Below are positions 1-10,945 of a stretch of 64,000 bases of DNA, one piece after another. How positions within the stretch are numbered: the stretch's first letter is position 1; the number at the start of each line of letters is the position of its first letter. The stretch is taken from positions 1,178,001 to 1,242,000 of the forward strand of contig CAKKNE010000004.1 in NCBI GenBank assembly GCA_918797485.1, written 5' to 3'. The stretch comes from Pelagomonas calceolata (lineage: Eukaryota). Under the pieces are notes generated by a model. It saw only the letters and a program-made list of their open reading frames with translations, made no database searches and had not been told where the DNA came from. The position numbers were made by a program, and so were the translations under genes.

Positions 1-1
1 G

Positions 2-1213
2 GCTGCGCTCGCGGCAGCCCAACGCCAATGCGGCCCGCCACCCGACGGTAAAGGCACCGACGGAGAGGACCGGTGCGCCAACGCCGGCGCGGCGGCGGCG
101 ACGCAGCGCTTCAAGATTGATATAAACGTGGACGGCGAGCCGCGGCCGCTGGGTTTTTTGAGAGGCGACGATGTCAATGAAGTCGCGCGGCGCTGGGTCG
201 CGGCGCATTCCATCGTCGGAGAGGACGCCGTACGGACGTTGGTGAAGCGGATGCGTACAAAAGTGGAGGAGGCGCCCGCTTTAGATGGAGAGGCGCTGGG
301 CTGCCCGGCGCTCGCGTATGAGCACGAAATGGACACGCCAGCGTCGCTCGCCGCCTTCACGCGACGCGCTTCGAGCATAGCGGGCCCCGGCGGGCGCATC
401 GTCCTCACAATGGCGACGGGCGGCTACGCGGCCTTCGCGCGGTCCTGGGCGCGCGGCCTCGACGCCGTCAACGCGTCCCACTATTTGATCGCCGCGCTCG
501 ACGATGTTGCATTAACTGAACTGAAGCCGCTCGGCGGTCATGTAGTGCCGGTCTACGACGAGGCCATGGCTGACGACGCCCCGGGCCGCGACCGACCGGC
601 GGCCTACGGCTCGGGCGCGTTCCGAGCGCTGACCCAGATAAAACCGGCGCTCGTGCTCGCTTTGCTGGAGGCGGAGCTCGCGGTGCTCTACGCGGACGCC
701 GACGTCGCGTTTTTACAAGATCCCTGGCCCCACCTCACATCTTATGAGAACTGTGCCGTGGCGCTGCAGCCGAACCGTCACGACGAAGAGGACGTGCTGG
801 GGGCTATTGTAGAGCTCGACCGTCGGCCGGGCAACCCTAGGCCACGTCAGAGGTACTACGGCGACGTGGGCTGCTCCGGCCTGGCGTACTTCCCCTCTGG
901 TCGGGCCGCGCGGCGCCTCGCCGCGTTCTGGGCGGCGGCCGCTTCAGATGATTCGTGCGGCGGCGACCAGGCCGCGCTCGAAGCCGCCCTCGCTTTCCTA
1001 GCGTACGCGGCCGAGCACGTCGACGTCCGCGCGCTGCCGCTGGCGCTTTGGCCGAACGGCATGGCGCTGCGGACTTTGTATGATGCGCCGGCGCCGGAGG
1101 CCCTGATTTCATTCGAGGTCCCGCCGGGCGTCGTCGCCTTCCACGCGAATTATGTCGTCGGCGCTTCACAAAAACGCGCGTGGCTGGAGTCGCTGGGGCT
1201 GTGGTTTGACTAA
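2..1213 (+). CDS. Nucleotide-diphospho-sugar transferase (GT77-like), 5' partial
   Basis: Frame is open from the window start. YLIAALD, VLYADADVAFLQDPWP (DxD), GGDQAAL and FHANYVVG..KRAWL..LGLW motifs are typical of this family. Confidence 0.75.
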   Translation, partial: AALAAAQRQCGPPPDGKGTDGEDRCANAGAAAATQRFKIDINVDGEPRPLGFLRGDDVNEVARRWVAAHSIVGEDAVRTLVKRMRTKVEEAPALDGEALGCPALAYEHEMDTPASLAAFTRRASSIAGPGGRIVLTMATGGYAAFARSWARGLDAVNASHYLIAALDDVALTELKPLGGHVVPVYDEAMADDAPGRDRPAAYGSGAFRALTQIKPALVLALLEAELAVLYADADVAFLQDPWPHLTSYENCAVALQPNRHDEEDVLGAIVELDRRPGNPRPRQRYYGDVGCSGLAYFPSGRAARRLAAFWAAAASDDSCGGDQAALEAALAFLAYAAEHVDVRALPLALWPNGMALRTLYDAPAPEALISFEVPPGVVAFHANYVVGASQKRAWLESLGLWFD

Positions 1214-1231
1214 GTGTGTGTTCGGATACGA

Positions 1232-2523
1232 TTAAGAAGAACTAGGCCGCAGCGCGAGGTGGACCGTCTGACCGTCTGCCAGGCCGCTCGCCGCCAGGGA
1301 GCCGTCCTCCAGGGGCTTGCCCCCGAAGATGAGGCGCTGCCGCTCCGCGGGCGCGTCGGCCAGGGCTGTTGCGATGGCGGCCTTGAGGTCGGCGACCGTG
1401 GACCCGCGGGCCACAGGCACAAACAACGCGTCGCCGGTCGAGCGCAGGACCCGCACCGCGAGCGCGCCGTCCGTGCCGTCGTCGCGCCCGCCGTCGGCGG
1501 CCCGCGCCCGCGCGGCCCGCCGCGCCATGAGCGCGAAGAGCGCCGACGGCGAGAGCGTGCGCAGCAGCCGCGCGAGCGTCGCCGCGGCGCCGGGCGCGAC
1601 GAGGCGCTCCGGCTGCCGGCGGTCCGCGGCGTCGATGAGCGCGCGCGCGACGGCCGCCGGGTCCGCGCCCGATGCCGTCGCGGCGTCGTTTTTGTCGTAG
1701 GCGCGGCCGTCGCCCGTCAGCGCGTGCAGGCTGTGGCCGGTCCGGATGTAGCCCGGCGCCACGACCGTGACCTGTGTGGAAATCAAAACTTCACGGCTTC
1801 ATCGCCGAAGCACCCGACACACTGGTTGATTCCCGCACAGACGGTGACCGACACGCGGGCCGCGGACTCGGCCGCGAGCTCGGCCCGCAGGGCGTCGAAG
1901 TAGCCGTGGAGCGCGTGCTTCGACGCCGCGTAGGCGGCGCGCTGGGGTAAACCGAAGTAGCCCTGCACCGAACTCACCACGACCACCCGCCCATCCCTCC
2001 GCTTGTCGAGAAAGTGCCGCGCGCACCGCCGCCCCAGCTCAGCCGTCGACAGGAAGTTCGTCTCCATCAGCCGTCGCAGGGTAGCAGCGTCCGTGTCGAG
2101 CGCCGCCGCGCGGCTTCCGACCTGTGTGGAAATCAATCAGTGCGTCGGGTGCACGCAGGCGTCGCGGCGACGGCGTGGAGGTCGACGCGGCGATTCAGGA
2201 CGAACGCGCCGTAAATTTGATTTCCACACAGCTCCGACGCCGCCGCACAGCACGACGACGTCGAGCGGCGCCGCCAGCGCCCCCCGCAGCGCCCGCTCGA
2301 CGCTTTGCCCGTCGCCCTGGTCGAGCGGCACGACCTCGGCCGTGGGCGCCCCCGCCTCCCGGCAGCGCGCCGCGACGCGGTCGAGCTCGCGCCGCCGCCG
2401 CGCCGAAAGGACCAAGGCGCACCCGCGCGCCGCGTAGGCCGCTGCGACCTCCTCCCCGAGGCCGCCCGATGCGCCGGTCACCCAGACGCGCTCCCTTGAT
2501 GGCTTCGCGGGCGCCGCGCCCAT
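1232..2523 (-). CDS. Short-chain dehydrogenase/reductase (DHRS7-like) with C-terminal ubiquitin-like domain; exons 2523-2239, 2121-1849, 1771-1232
   Basis: VWVTGASGGLG, NFLS, SSVQG, YAASKHAL and PGYIRT motifs. Removing two introners restores the frame. C-terminus QRLIFGGKPLED...VHLALRP is UBL-like. Start codon is uncertain. Confidence 0.85.
1772..1840. mobile_element. Introner 1 (intron 1772-1848, minus strand, GT-AG)
   Basis: TIRs ctgtgtggaaatcaa / ttgattcccgcacag. 8-bp TSD accgtgac (1764-1771) / acggtgac (1841-1848), one mismatch. Confidence 0.9.
2122..2231. mobile_element. Introner 2 (intron 2122-2238, minus strand, GT-AG)
   Basis: Perfect TIR ctgtgtggaaatcaa / ttgatttccacacag. Flanks ttccgac / ctccgac. 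Splicing gives CGG-VGSRA in frame. Confidence 0.9.
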
Positions 2524-2812
2524 GCCGAGGGCCGCGGCCGCCAGCAGCAGGCGGGTGACTGCTCGGAAGGCAGCCGTGCTGCTTGCTGCAGTGGTAGAGC
2601 TGAGGCCTCCTCAGTGGACAGCAGTAGCACAATTCGTGCGCTGCTTTTGACTCGAGCGTGCTGCGAGTGCTGAAGTCAAGAAGCAGCGTGCGAGTTGCAA
2701 TCGATGCGTTACACCTGGCCAACTTTGTGCAATGCAATGCAAAAGTCTTTGATGGCAAGACTGCAAAGCAGACCCGCACGACGAGGGTTCCTATCTAGTA
2801 TCTACAGGACGG

Positions 2813-3364
2813 TTAGGCAGCGAGGAACTCGGCGACCGCCGGGTTCCGCCAGTCCCTAGCTGCATCATCAAAGTGGACGTCGAAATCAACCACCGACACG
2901 CCCGCGTCGGCCGCCTCGACAAACGCCGACGACGGCGCGCAGGCCACGGCTCGCGGTTGGTCGCAATTCGATCCGCCGTAGCACGTCAGCGCGTGGTCCG
3001 ACGGGTCCGCGAGGCGCCTATTGCTGATCTGGAGCACAACGACGGGCGCGCCGCCGGATTGGGCCGCGAGCGCCGCCGCGACCGAGGGCGCGTGCTTCGG
3101 CGGCGCCTCGTCCCGCAGATGGGCGGCCGCGCAGTAGTAGCCGCAGACGTAGAGATTCTGTGCCGCGGCGTGCGCCGCCGCGTGCGCGCTTGCCGTTTCG
3201 AGCGCGCCGCCCAAGGACCCGTTGTGGAACCCCGGCACGACATCTGTAATCTCGACGCCGTCGCCCCGCCGCGCACCAAGACAAAAACCGTCGACCGCGC
3301 AGTGCGGGTACTGCTGCGCGTGGAGCAGCATCTTCGTGTACGCCAATTCATTGACCGAGGCCAT
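2813..3364 (-). CDS. EMC8: ER membrane protein complex subunit 8/9 (UPF0172, MPN-like)
   Basis: AYTKMLLHAQQYPHCAVDGFCLG, ITDVVPGFH, VCGYY and VVDFDVHFDD...DWRNP match the family. Confidence 0.9.
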   Translation of the reverse strand: MASVNELAYTKMLLHAQQYPHCAVDGFCLGARRGDGVEITDVVPGFHNGSLGGALETASAHAAAHAAAQNLYVCGYYCAAAHLRDEAPPKHAPSVAAALAAQSGGAPVVVLQISNRRLADPSDHALTCYGGSNCDQPRAVACAPSSAFVEAADAGVSVVDFDVHFDDAARDWRNPAVAEFLAA

Positions 3365-3545
3365 GGTCCGCTGTCGCGCGCGTCTGCTGCTGTCGAGCCG
3401 AGCCGGCGGCAAGCTATGCCGCCGCAAAAATTGATCGAGCCGGCGGTGAAGCTGCCGCCGCAGCAAAAATTGATCGAATGGCGCTATCGGTCTCTCGACT
3501 ACAAGCGCGGGCCGCCGTAAGCCACAAAGTGTCGACCGCGAGCGG

Positions 3546-3570
3546 GCTAGTGCCTTTACAGGCCGCTAGC
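3546..3570 (+). promoter_or_regulatory. Recurrent CTAG-bounded promoter motif (representative copy; all 17 listed in findings)
   Basis: gctagtgcctttacaggccgctagc lies between the divergent starts at 3364(-) and 3642(+). Confidence 0.7.
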
Positions 3571-3641
3571 TCGCAGACTTGTACAATTGTCCATCATTGA
3601 GCAGTGCGCAGCGCATCACCGACTGCGCCGACAGGCGTAAC

Positions 3642-4517
3642 ATGGCTGCCGTATCCGCAAGAGGAGCGCTACGCGGTCTTGCAGCCGCGCCGCGCGGCCT
3701 GGCCCCACGGCCTCGGGGTGCAGCAGCCGCATTCATCGTGCGCCGCGGCGCATCGATGGGATTGGCCGCCGCGCGGCCGCCTCCGGCGTCGCAGCGGTGC
3801 GCCCGCTCCCTGTCGACCGCCGCGCCCGAGGCAGCCAAGGAGGACGATGGCTACGCCTGGGTGCCGTACGCCGTTTTGGCGGCCATCGGCGGCCTCGGCT
3901 TCTGGTTCTGGCGCGCGTCGACGGCCCACGGCAACCGCAGCGCCTTGATTGACCTCATTGAGGACGAGCAGCCTTTATCTGGAGACGAGCGCGATTTACT
4001 AAGAGACGCGAACGCCACGTTCCTGCAGCCCGAGCGCCTCGAGAACGTAGCAAGGAGTACGTTATCAAGTCTGCGGGCGGACGCTCGCACGGAAGTGGAC
4101 TACGTTGATTTTTGTCGTGTTTGTGACCGGTACCTGGACCGACAGCTCGAGCACGGCCACCTGGTGGATCGGTGCGCGCTGCAGGTGAAGCCTCATGAGG
4201 CGGGGCTGCTCGTCGTCGTCTTGTCGCTTTGTGCGGGTGGTGATGCTGTGGAGCGGGCCGCGGCGCTGGGGAGGATCCTAGAATGCGAGGACCGCGACCG
4301 GCTCGACGCGCTGGTCGGATGGCTGGTGGCCACGGGTCAAATAAGGCCATCAAAACAGGTCGCTGAAGGTTCAAGTAGTTTCCCGGCGCAGACGTATGAG
4401 CGGCGCGACGCCCACGGCCTCGTGGAAGAGGCGCTCGCCGAGACGGGTGTAGTGGGACCATTCGCTGCCGCCGACGTCGCCGCGGTGCTCACGGCGAAGG
4501 CCATAGACTATCACTAA
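3642..4517 (+). CDS. Hypothetical single-pass membrane protein, probably mitochondrial
   Basis: Arg/Ala-rich presequence ending RSLSTAA, then TM segment WVPYAVLAAIGGLGFWFW. Confidence 0.65.
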   Translation: MAAVSARGALRGLAAAPRGLAPRPRGAAAAFIVRRGASMGLAAARPPPASQRCARSLSTAAPEAAKEDDGYAWVPYAVLAAIGGLGFWFWRASTAHGNRSALIDLIEDEQPLSGDERDLLRDANATFLQPERLENVARSTLSSLRADARTEVDYVDFCRVCDRYLDRQLEHGHLVDRCALQVKPHEAGLLVVVLSLCAGGDAVERAAALGRILECEDRDRLDALVGWLVATGQIRPSKQVAEGSSSFPAQTYERRDAHGLVEEALAETGVVGPFAAADVAAVLTAKAIDYH

Positions 4518-4554
4518 CGACTCAAAGGGAATTTACGCGTCCTCCTAGTACAAT

Positions 4555-5814
4555 CTACTTCTCGAAGGGGAACGGCGTGAACCTCTCCTGTTGTTCCGGG
4601 GATAGTTTGGAAGCCCGCAGCTCGACCATGTGCTTTTGTAACGCAGGAGGCACCCAGAACCCGCCCTGTTTTGTACGATCTAAGAATGCATCATGTTCCG
4701 GCTCGCCGGCCGTCCAGATTTTACCAGGGCCGTTGGGGTCCTTCGTCGACGCCCGCAACCCCCTTAGTAATTCGCCGGCGTTGGCCTTGAACTTGTCCAA
4801 GCCTATGAGAGGCTCGACGTCGATGGCCATAAACACATGACCCAAAGGCATGGGCTTCTTCGCGCCCGTCGCCCGATCCACCCCGCAGATCTCCTCGCCC
4901 CACGGGCCGCTCTGGAACGCCGTGCACAGTAATTCCACGGCCGTGGCCCAGCCGTAGCCCTTGTAGCCGCCCAGGTCTTCGCCCGCGCCCCCCAAAGGAC
5001 ACAGCGCCGCCTTGCCGAGGACCATGTCCTCCAGGATACCTTGGGTATCGGTCCGCTCCTTGCCCTCGATGTCCACGACGCACCCTCTCGGTGTAGCTTT
5101 GCCCTCGCGTCCATATCTCTCGATCTTGCCCCGCTGATTTACTGAGGTAGCACAGTCAATAACAAAGGGAAAGGCCTCGTCTGTCGGAATGCCAAAACAT
5201 AAAGGGTTCGTTCCCAGCATGCCCTCCACCCCAAAGGTCGGCGCGATGGATGGTCTCGCGTTTGTGGTGGAGAAACCCACACAACCCTTTTGTGTTGCCA
5301 TGGTGGCGTAGTATCCGGCGATGCCGTAATGGGTGGACCTCTGGGCAATAACAACTCCTACTCCACATTCTTTGGCTTTTTTGATCGCCAAATCCATGCA
5401 GTAGGGGCCCACGTACAACCCCAATCCCAGATTGCCATCTACTAGTGCGGAAGCTTGCGTTTCTTGCACGATCGTAATGGGCGCAATGGGTTTGAGGATG
5501 CCCTGGTCGACGCGGTCGCAGTAGATCGGCTTCAATCTTCCAATACCGTGGCTGTCGATGCCGCGCTTGTCCGCCTCGATGAGCACGTCGGCGCAAATCT
5601 TCGCTTCCTTTGCTGGTACTCCTAAACCCTCGAAGACCGCCAACATAAAAGCCTCCATGTACTCAAAAGGTAAAATGCAGGACCCCTCGACAGGTGGATT
5701 TTTGCCGGGGTACCAGTCGCCCCCGCCCCGATGCTTGAGCTTGCGCCGCCGCGTGAGCGCGGCGGCGCCGGCGGCGCCGATGAGGATGCCGAGGAGGACG
5801 TCGCGCATCTTCAT
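4555..5814 (-). CDS. Malate/L-lactate dehydrogenase, Ldh_2 (type 2) family
   Basis: ADKRGIDSHGIGRL, STHYGIAGYY, GTNPLCFG, IDCATS and GGYKGYG motifs; hydrophobic N-terminus. Confidence 0.92.
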   Translation of the reverse strand: MKMRDVLLGILIGAAGAAALTRRRKLKHRGGGDWYPGKNPPVEGSCILPFEYMEAFMLAVFEGLGVPAKEAKICADVLIEADKRGIDSHGIGRLKPIYCDRVDQGILKPIAPITIVQETQASALVDGNLGLGLYVGPYCMDLAIKKAKECGVGVVIAQRSTHYGIAGYYATMATQKGCVGFSTTNARPSIAPTFGVEGMLGTNPLCFGIPTDEAFPFVIDCATSVNQRGKIERYGREGKATPRGCVVDIEGKERTDTQGILEDMVLGKAALCPLGGAGEDLGGYKGYGWATAVELLCTAFQSGPWGEEICGVDRATGAKKPMPLGHVFMAIDVEPLIGLDKFKANAGELLRGLRASTKDPNGPGKIWTAGEPEHDAFLDRTKQGGFWVPPALQKHMVELRASKLSPEQQERFTPFPFEK

Positions 5815-6322
5815 CCGCCGTGCTGCGTCCGCACTGTTGCCACACGACAGGAGCGGTCTGGTTCGCGATCGGGATCAGCGAGCTGCGTCCGCCACGACCA
5901 GAGCAGGCCTCAGAGCGAGCGGCACCGGTATGGTACCTTATACCTTACCTTACCGCTATAGGATATTGACAATTTTATAGACAGTCGTCGCCTAGGGATC
6001 AATATAGGATATTGATCGATAGACCGGAGGAGTCGGGGTAGCACCGGCCACTAGGTCTTCTCGTAAGAAGCGGCACGCGCCCGCCGCCGATGAATCGACA
6101 ACACGTGGTCTCTTCCCCCCAGGGGCTCCGCCCACTAGTCCTAGCACCGTAACATCATCGAGCAGGTAATGAGCCCGGGACGCGTCGGGCGTCGCCGCGG
6201 GTCGCGGGCTCGTTCGGACCGGGGAGAGCGGTCTGCGCCTCGCGAGTCGCCGACGCATTCTTGCCAGTGGCACCGGGGGAAAGACGCCCGCGGCATACGG
6301 GATAAACTTTCAACCCAAGTTA

Positions 6323-7741
6323 CTACGCTTGGTCTACGAAGCGCGCGTGCTGGCGCCACCAGGGGTGCGCCTTGAGCTCGGGGATCGTGAGGCGCCGCCG
6401 CGGGTCCGCCGTCAGCAGCCGTTGCAACACGTCCGGCGCGTGCTCCGACAACGTGATGTTCCACGTGTTCAGTAAATCGCGGAGCCGCCCGTCCCGGACA
6501 TACACGAAGCGCAGATCCGTCGCGACGGGCCCCGTCGCCGCGTCCCAGGGCGGCATGCCCGTGAGCAATAGGAACAGAATGATGCCCAGGGCCCAGACGT
6601 CCGCCGCGAAGACGTCAAACGACGCCCGGCAGTCGAACAGCTCGGGCGCCATGTACAACAACTTGCCGCAGCGCCCGGGCCAGCCCCGCCTCGGGGCCAA
6701 AGGCACGGCCCTATAACTTCTCCCAGCACTCAGTCGGTCGTGGCCACCACCCCAAAAGTCCGTGAAGGTGGGAGCCGCCTTGACGGCCATCCCAAAGTCG
6801 ATGATGATCGCTCGCTTCGCATCGTCGACCATGAGGTTCTCCAACGACATGTCATGATGAGCTAAACCCATGTCGTGCAAGTGCTCCAATCCTTTGACGA
6901 TCTGGCCCATGTATGTGGCAGCCTTAGCTTCCTGCAAACCACCATCCCTCTCAACAACCCCAAACAGGTCGCCGTGGGGACAGAAAGGTAAAATAACGTA
7001 CACCGTCTGCTCGTCGACGTACGTCGCCAATAAAGGTAACACGTACGGCGCGCCGCCCTTTCCAGCAATATACTCCATGACGGCCACTTCCTTGATCGGG
7101 TCCTCGTTCAATTGGCCCCGGTGCCGCGCGACGTGCTGCTCGTATTTGGATCTCTCAATACACTTGACGGCGACCTGGCGCTCCGTCGCGCGCCACTGGA
7201 CCGGCTGTTGTCCGCCGAGCGTCCGCTGGATGCCGCCGAAGAGCCCTCCTGATTGTTCCTCTGGTGCTATCCTCTCAAGCTCGACGCCGTGCCTTACCCG
7301 CCCATAAATGCAGGTCTGCAGGTTCTTGATGAGGCCGTAGCCCCTTCCGTCACTCGTCGCGAGGACGTGTTCCAAGGTCACCTCCGCGCCCGTCGTCCGC
7401 ACGCGCTGGCGCGCCTGGAGCCGGCAGCCTCTTACTGAAGGGACGGCGAAGGGCATGGGGTTCGCTCCTGCGCCTATTCTTGTTAATTCCTGCAGCAGGC
7501 CCGGCGCGGGGCCGCGCGGGAACGAGCCCGTCCTGGAGTCGTAGCCGTGGGCCTCGAGCGGCTCGCGCAGGTGCTGGTGCCACGGCATTTGGAGTAAACG
7601 CGTCGCCACGGCACCCAAGCGCCCCACGTCGGACCCCCTCAACGCCAACAGCTCCCAGAGCTCGAGGACCAAAGCTTCGCCGTCCGGGCCGCCTTCATTT
7701 GATGCCGCCTGGGCGATGTGCGCGCCGTACCAGGTCGCCAT
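6323..7741 (-). CDS. Ser/Thr protein kinase (CAMK-like)
   Basis: VAVK, HHDMSLEN, DFG, YMAPE and DVWALG subdomains. Confidence 0.9.
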   Translation of the reverse strand: MATWYGAHIAQAASNEGGPDGEALVLELWELLALRGSDVGRLGAVATRLLQMPWHQHLREPLEAHGYDSRTGSFPRGPAPGLLQELTRIGAGANPMPFAVPSVRGCRLQARQRVRTTGAEVTLEHVLATSDGRGYGLIKNLQTCIYGRVRHGVELERIAPEEQSGGLFGGIQRTLGGQQPVQWRATERQVAVKCIERSKYEQHVARHRGQLNEDPIKEVAVMEYIAGKGGAPYVLPLLATYVDEQTVYVILPFCPHGDLFGVVERDGGLQEAKAATYMGQIVKGLEHLHDMGLAHHDMSLENLMVDDAKRAIIIDFGMAVKAAPTFTDFWGGGHDRLSAGRSYRAVPLAPRRGWPGRCGKLLYMAPELFDCRASFDVFAADVWALGIILFLLLTGMPPWDAATGPVATDLRFVYVRDGRLRDLLNTWNITLSEHAPDVLQRLLTADPRRRLTIPELKAHPWWRQHARFVDQA

Positions 7742-8319
7742 CTTTTTTGGCCGGTCCCGCGGTTGCTGAGCGGCCGCGTTGGCCGCTCCGCTGTTTCTGA
7801 GCCGCCGCGTTGGCAGCCGCGCGCGGTCGGCGCCGCCCGCGTCCGCTTGTCACGTGGCTCGGCTCGCCGCGGGCGTTTCACCACCGCTGGCTGGCTCTGA
7901 GAGGAGTTCGGCTGTCTCTCTTCGACGCGCTCTGCTCAAAGACGATCCGCTGTGCCAAAGGAGGCAAAAGTCGGCCGATTTGCAAGCTGCGAAACCCGAA
8001 GCAAAAAATGCTCGCTAGTGTCTTACAACCGCTAGCAACTTTGCTCCGGAATTTGCGCAGCCTGGCGCAGCCTGGCGCAAGAGCAACCCATCCGGCGCTC
8101 GATCGCTGTAATATCATCCCTATTTTTAGTGCCGTGCCAGCGATTCGACAGGTTGGGCACCGCTCCAGGCACAGTGCCTCTCCCTATGCACTCTCACTAC
8201 TAAAAGAGTGCTTCTCATCCGTTGCATTGGCAGCTTACCGGCAGCCGCCGACGCAGAACTCAGCCGCTGCATGACGTCGTAGACCAGTCTTGGCTGCCAC
8301 ACTGTATACCCACAAAACC

Positions 8320-9188
8320 ATGCGCTCGCCTCTGCTGAGCGCCATGCGCTTCGTCGGCCACCGCGGCGCCTCCCACATCGCGCCCGAGAATACGATGGCT
8401 GCCTTTCGCGCGGCGACGGCGCGAGGCGTCGGCTTCGAGTGCGATCTGCAGGCGCTGCGGGACGGCACGCTGCTCGTGCTCCACGACGACACGCTGCTCC
8501 GGACGGCCACGGCGCCCCCGGGGCTGAGCGACGCGGCGGCGCGGCGCTTCCGTGAGTTGGTCCGCACGCCCGTCGGCGAGCTTGTGTACGACGACGTCCG
8601 CGACGTCGACGTCGGGAGCTGGATGAATCCAAAGTTCGCGTCCGAGCGGCCGCCGCGCTTCGACGAGGCGCTCGGCGAGGCTGCTCCGGATATCTTCGCC
8701 GAACTCAAGGGCGACGACGACGGCTACAGCTTCGACGGGCGATTGCCCGACCTGGTCGGGGCGCTCGCGCTGCCGTCTTCACTAACATGGATCTCGTTCT
8801 CTCTGCCGCTCGCGGGGCGCGGCGCGGACACCGCCGTATTTCTACTATCCTCCCCCCTGAGGCGACGATCCCCACGCAGGTCGAGGAGCTCAAGCGGCGC
8901 GACAGTACACAACCGTGCCTGCACGTCGCCGAGCCGCGCAATCTGGAAGACGCCTGGGCCGCGGCGCGCGCCGTCGCCAATAGTGATGTGGACGGCGTCG
9001 ACCTGCCCGCTTCTCCAGAACTGGTCACGCCCGAGCTCGTGCGGTACCTCCACGACCACGATAAAAGGGTTGCGGTCTGGGTCTGGCGCGCGCCCGCTTT
9101 GAATGATACGCCCGCGGTCTGGGACGCGTTGTCAAAGGCGGGCGTCGACGCGTTCACGTCGAACCTGCCCCCCGAATTAATCCTGTGA
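8320..9188 (+). CDS. Glycerophosphodiester phosphodiesterase (GDPD); GC-AG intron 8812-8879
   Basis: VGHRGASHIAPENT, ECDLQ, VLHDDTL, AELKG and C-terminal GVDAFTSNLP. Splicing joins WISFSLPL to VEELKRR. Confidence 0.88.
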
Positions 9189-9201
9189 TGAGTTGTAAAC
9201 A

Positions 9202-10437
9202 TTACATCCAAGCCTCCGGCAGGTCCCTTTGTAAAACGCGCCGCAGCGACACCAGGGACGGCGCGTAGAAGGCCCTCAGGAACGCCCGCGTTTCAGTGAG
9301 CATGGGCGGCCTGCTCCGGCTTTTCGTGACCACCAGGTCGCGCGGCGCGAACTCAAACGAGGGCAGCCCGAGGGCTGATTGGAGCTTGTCCAAGACACCA
9401 GCAGGATTTTTAATCAAATCCTCAAAAAACAGGACGTGCACGCGGCTTCGATCCACGAATTCGTATAACTGCATAAATTGCGACGCGTAGGCGCCATCTC
9501 TCACAACGTCGAGGGGGCCGCCACCTTTCCACCTCTCTCCAACGATATCCACATGATGCGACGCGACCGTATCATATCGCACGTACGCGTCGAATTTCGC
9601 CGGGTCCGACGCGCCCCGCAATATACGGACGTTTTTCACGCACGCGTCTTCAAATTTTGTCGGCGTCAACCGCCAAACTTTAAAACGGTGATCAGGACAC
9701 CCCTTTTGTTCAACCGTGTGGACCCGATCCCCCACAACTCCGAAGCGCCCGTGCCGGATGTGATGCGCAAAAGCCGAGTAGGCTCGATCCACCGGATTTC
9801 TCAAAATCAGAATCCAAGCACACGACGGCAATAGGGAGGCAAGTAATCGAGGCGCTTGCTGGAACCGTAGGTAACTGGGGGACTTTTCATAGGTCAAAAC
9901 GCCCTTTTTTAAATCATTTTCTGACAGAGCGGGGAAGCGTTCCGCGTACGACCGCCACGTCCTTTCGAGATCCACCAGGGAGGCATTGCGGGAGAAAGAA
10001 TCGAAGTAGTGGACCTCGCCCGGGTGCCCCTTACCACCAATACCTCTCTGTAGGTATGGGTGGTTTTCCAGCCACTTCGCGAGGCTCCCGGTGGCGGACT
10101 TCTGCGCGCCTCCAATCACAAAGGATGGCAGGCATCTATACCGCGTGGACCACCTCTTTTCGTCCCTGATACAGTCGCCCGCGTCGACGGCGGTGGACGC
10201 GCACTTCGTACCGACGACGCGCCTCGTCGTGCGGTTACGCGTCGTGGTGGGAGCGTCGCAGGTCGTAACCTCGAGCTTCGTCCGCGGCCCCGCGTCGACT
10301 TGCGTGTTGTGCGGTGCGAGGACCATGACGAGTATGGTCGCGAGCGCCGCGGCGAGGCGGCGCGGCTTATTGCGCGGGTTGCCGTGCTTCTCCGGCCGCG
10401 GCGACCGCGGGTCGTTGGCTATGATGCCGCGGAGCAT
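9202..10437 (-). CDS. Golgi-type sulfotransferase (heparan sulfate 3-O/N-sulfotransferase-like)
   Basis: IGGAQKSATGSL (5'-PSB), EVHYFD, YEKSPSY, LRNPVDRAYS (3'-PB); N-terminal TM anchor. Confidence 0.88.
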   Translation of the reverse strand: MLRGIIANDPRSPRPEKHGNPRNKPRRLAAALATILVMVLAPHNTQVDAGPRTKLEVTTCDAPTTTRNRTTRRVVGTKCASTAVDAGDCIRDEKRWSTRYRCLPSFVIGGAQKSATGSLAKWLENHPYLQRGIGGKGHPGEVHYFDSFSRNASLVDLERTWRSYAERFPALSENDLKKGVLTYEKSPSYLRFQQAPRLLASLLPSCAWILILRNPVDRAYSAFAHHIRHGRFGVVGDRVHTVEQKGCPDHRFKVWRLTPTKFEDACVKNVRILRGASDPAKFDAYVRYDTVASHHVDIVGERWKGGGPLDVVRDGAYASQFMQLYEFVDRSRVHVLFFEDLIKNPAGVLDKLQSALGLPSFEFAPRDLVVTKSRSRPPMLTETRAFLRAFYAPSLVSLRRVLQRDLPEAWM

Positions 10438-10945
10438 CCTTTGCTCTGCGTGTGGCCCGTGCCGCGAGAGAACTAATGCTCTCGCACGCCCGTCGCAGCA
10501 CGATCACAGCCGCAACAATGAAATGCTCGAAGGGCCTGTTTCGTTGCTACCACACGCTTTGAGGCGCGGGCAGCGCAAGTGGCAGCGCGAGCGGAGACTC
10601 TGGAACGCGTGCCGTCGCGGCGAGCACGTATAACTGATTCACGCCTGAGCTATGGCCAAAAAACCGGGGCTTTGCTAGTGTCTTACAGCCGCTAGCTAGC
10701 CTCCACGCGCCAGCAGGCCTCACAGCCGTGGCGTGCTCAAGCACCGCGCATTCGAGCTGATTTGCGCACTCGAGCGCGTATTGGACAAGATCCTGCAGCG
10801 CTCTACTTTGTGTGAGTACTCACCATCATTTGGAGCTGCGTGGTGAGCTGCGTGGTGAGTTTGAGACTCGTCGTGGACAGACCCAAGACCAAGCCAACCG
10901 GCGGGCAGAGACCATAAAACCAACCATCGATCCCTGCTTACAACA

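Noticed and set aside
6830..6870. Pseudokinase (HHDMSLEN)
   Set aside because: Catalytic Asp/Asn, VAVK and DFG are intact, and SLEN-type loops occur in stramenopile kinases.
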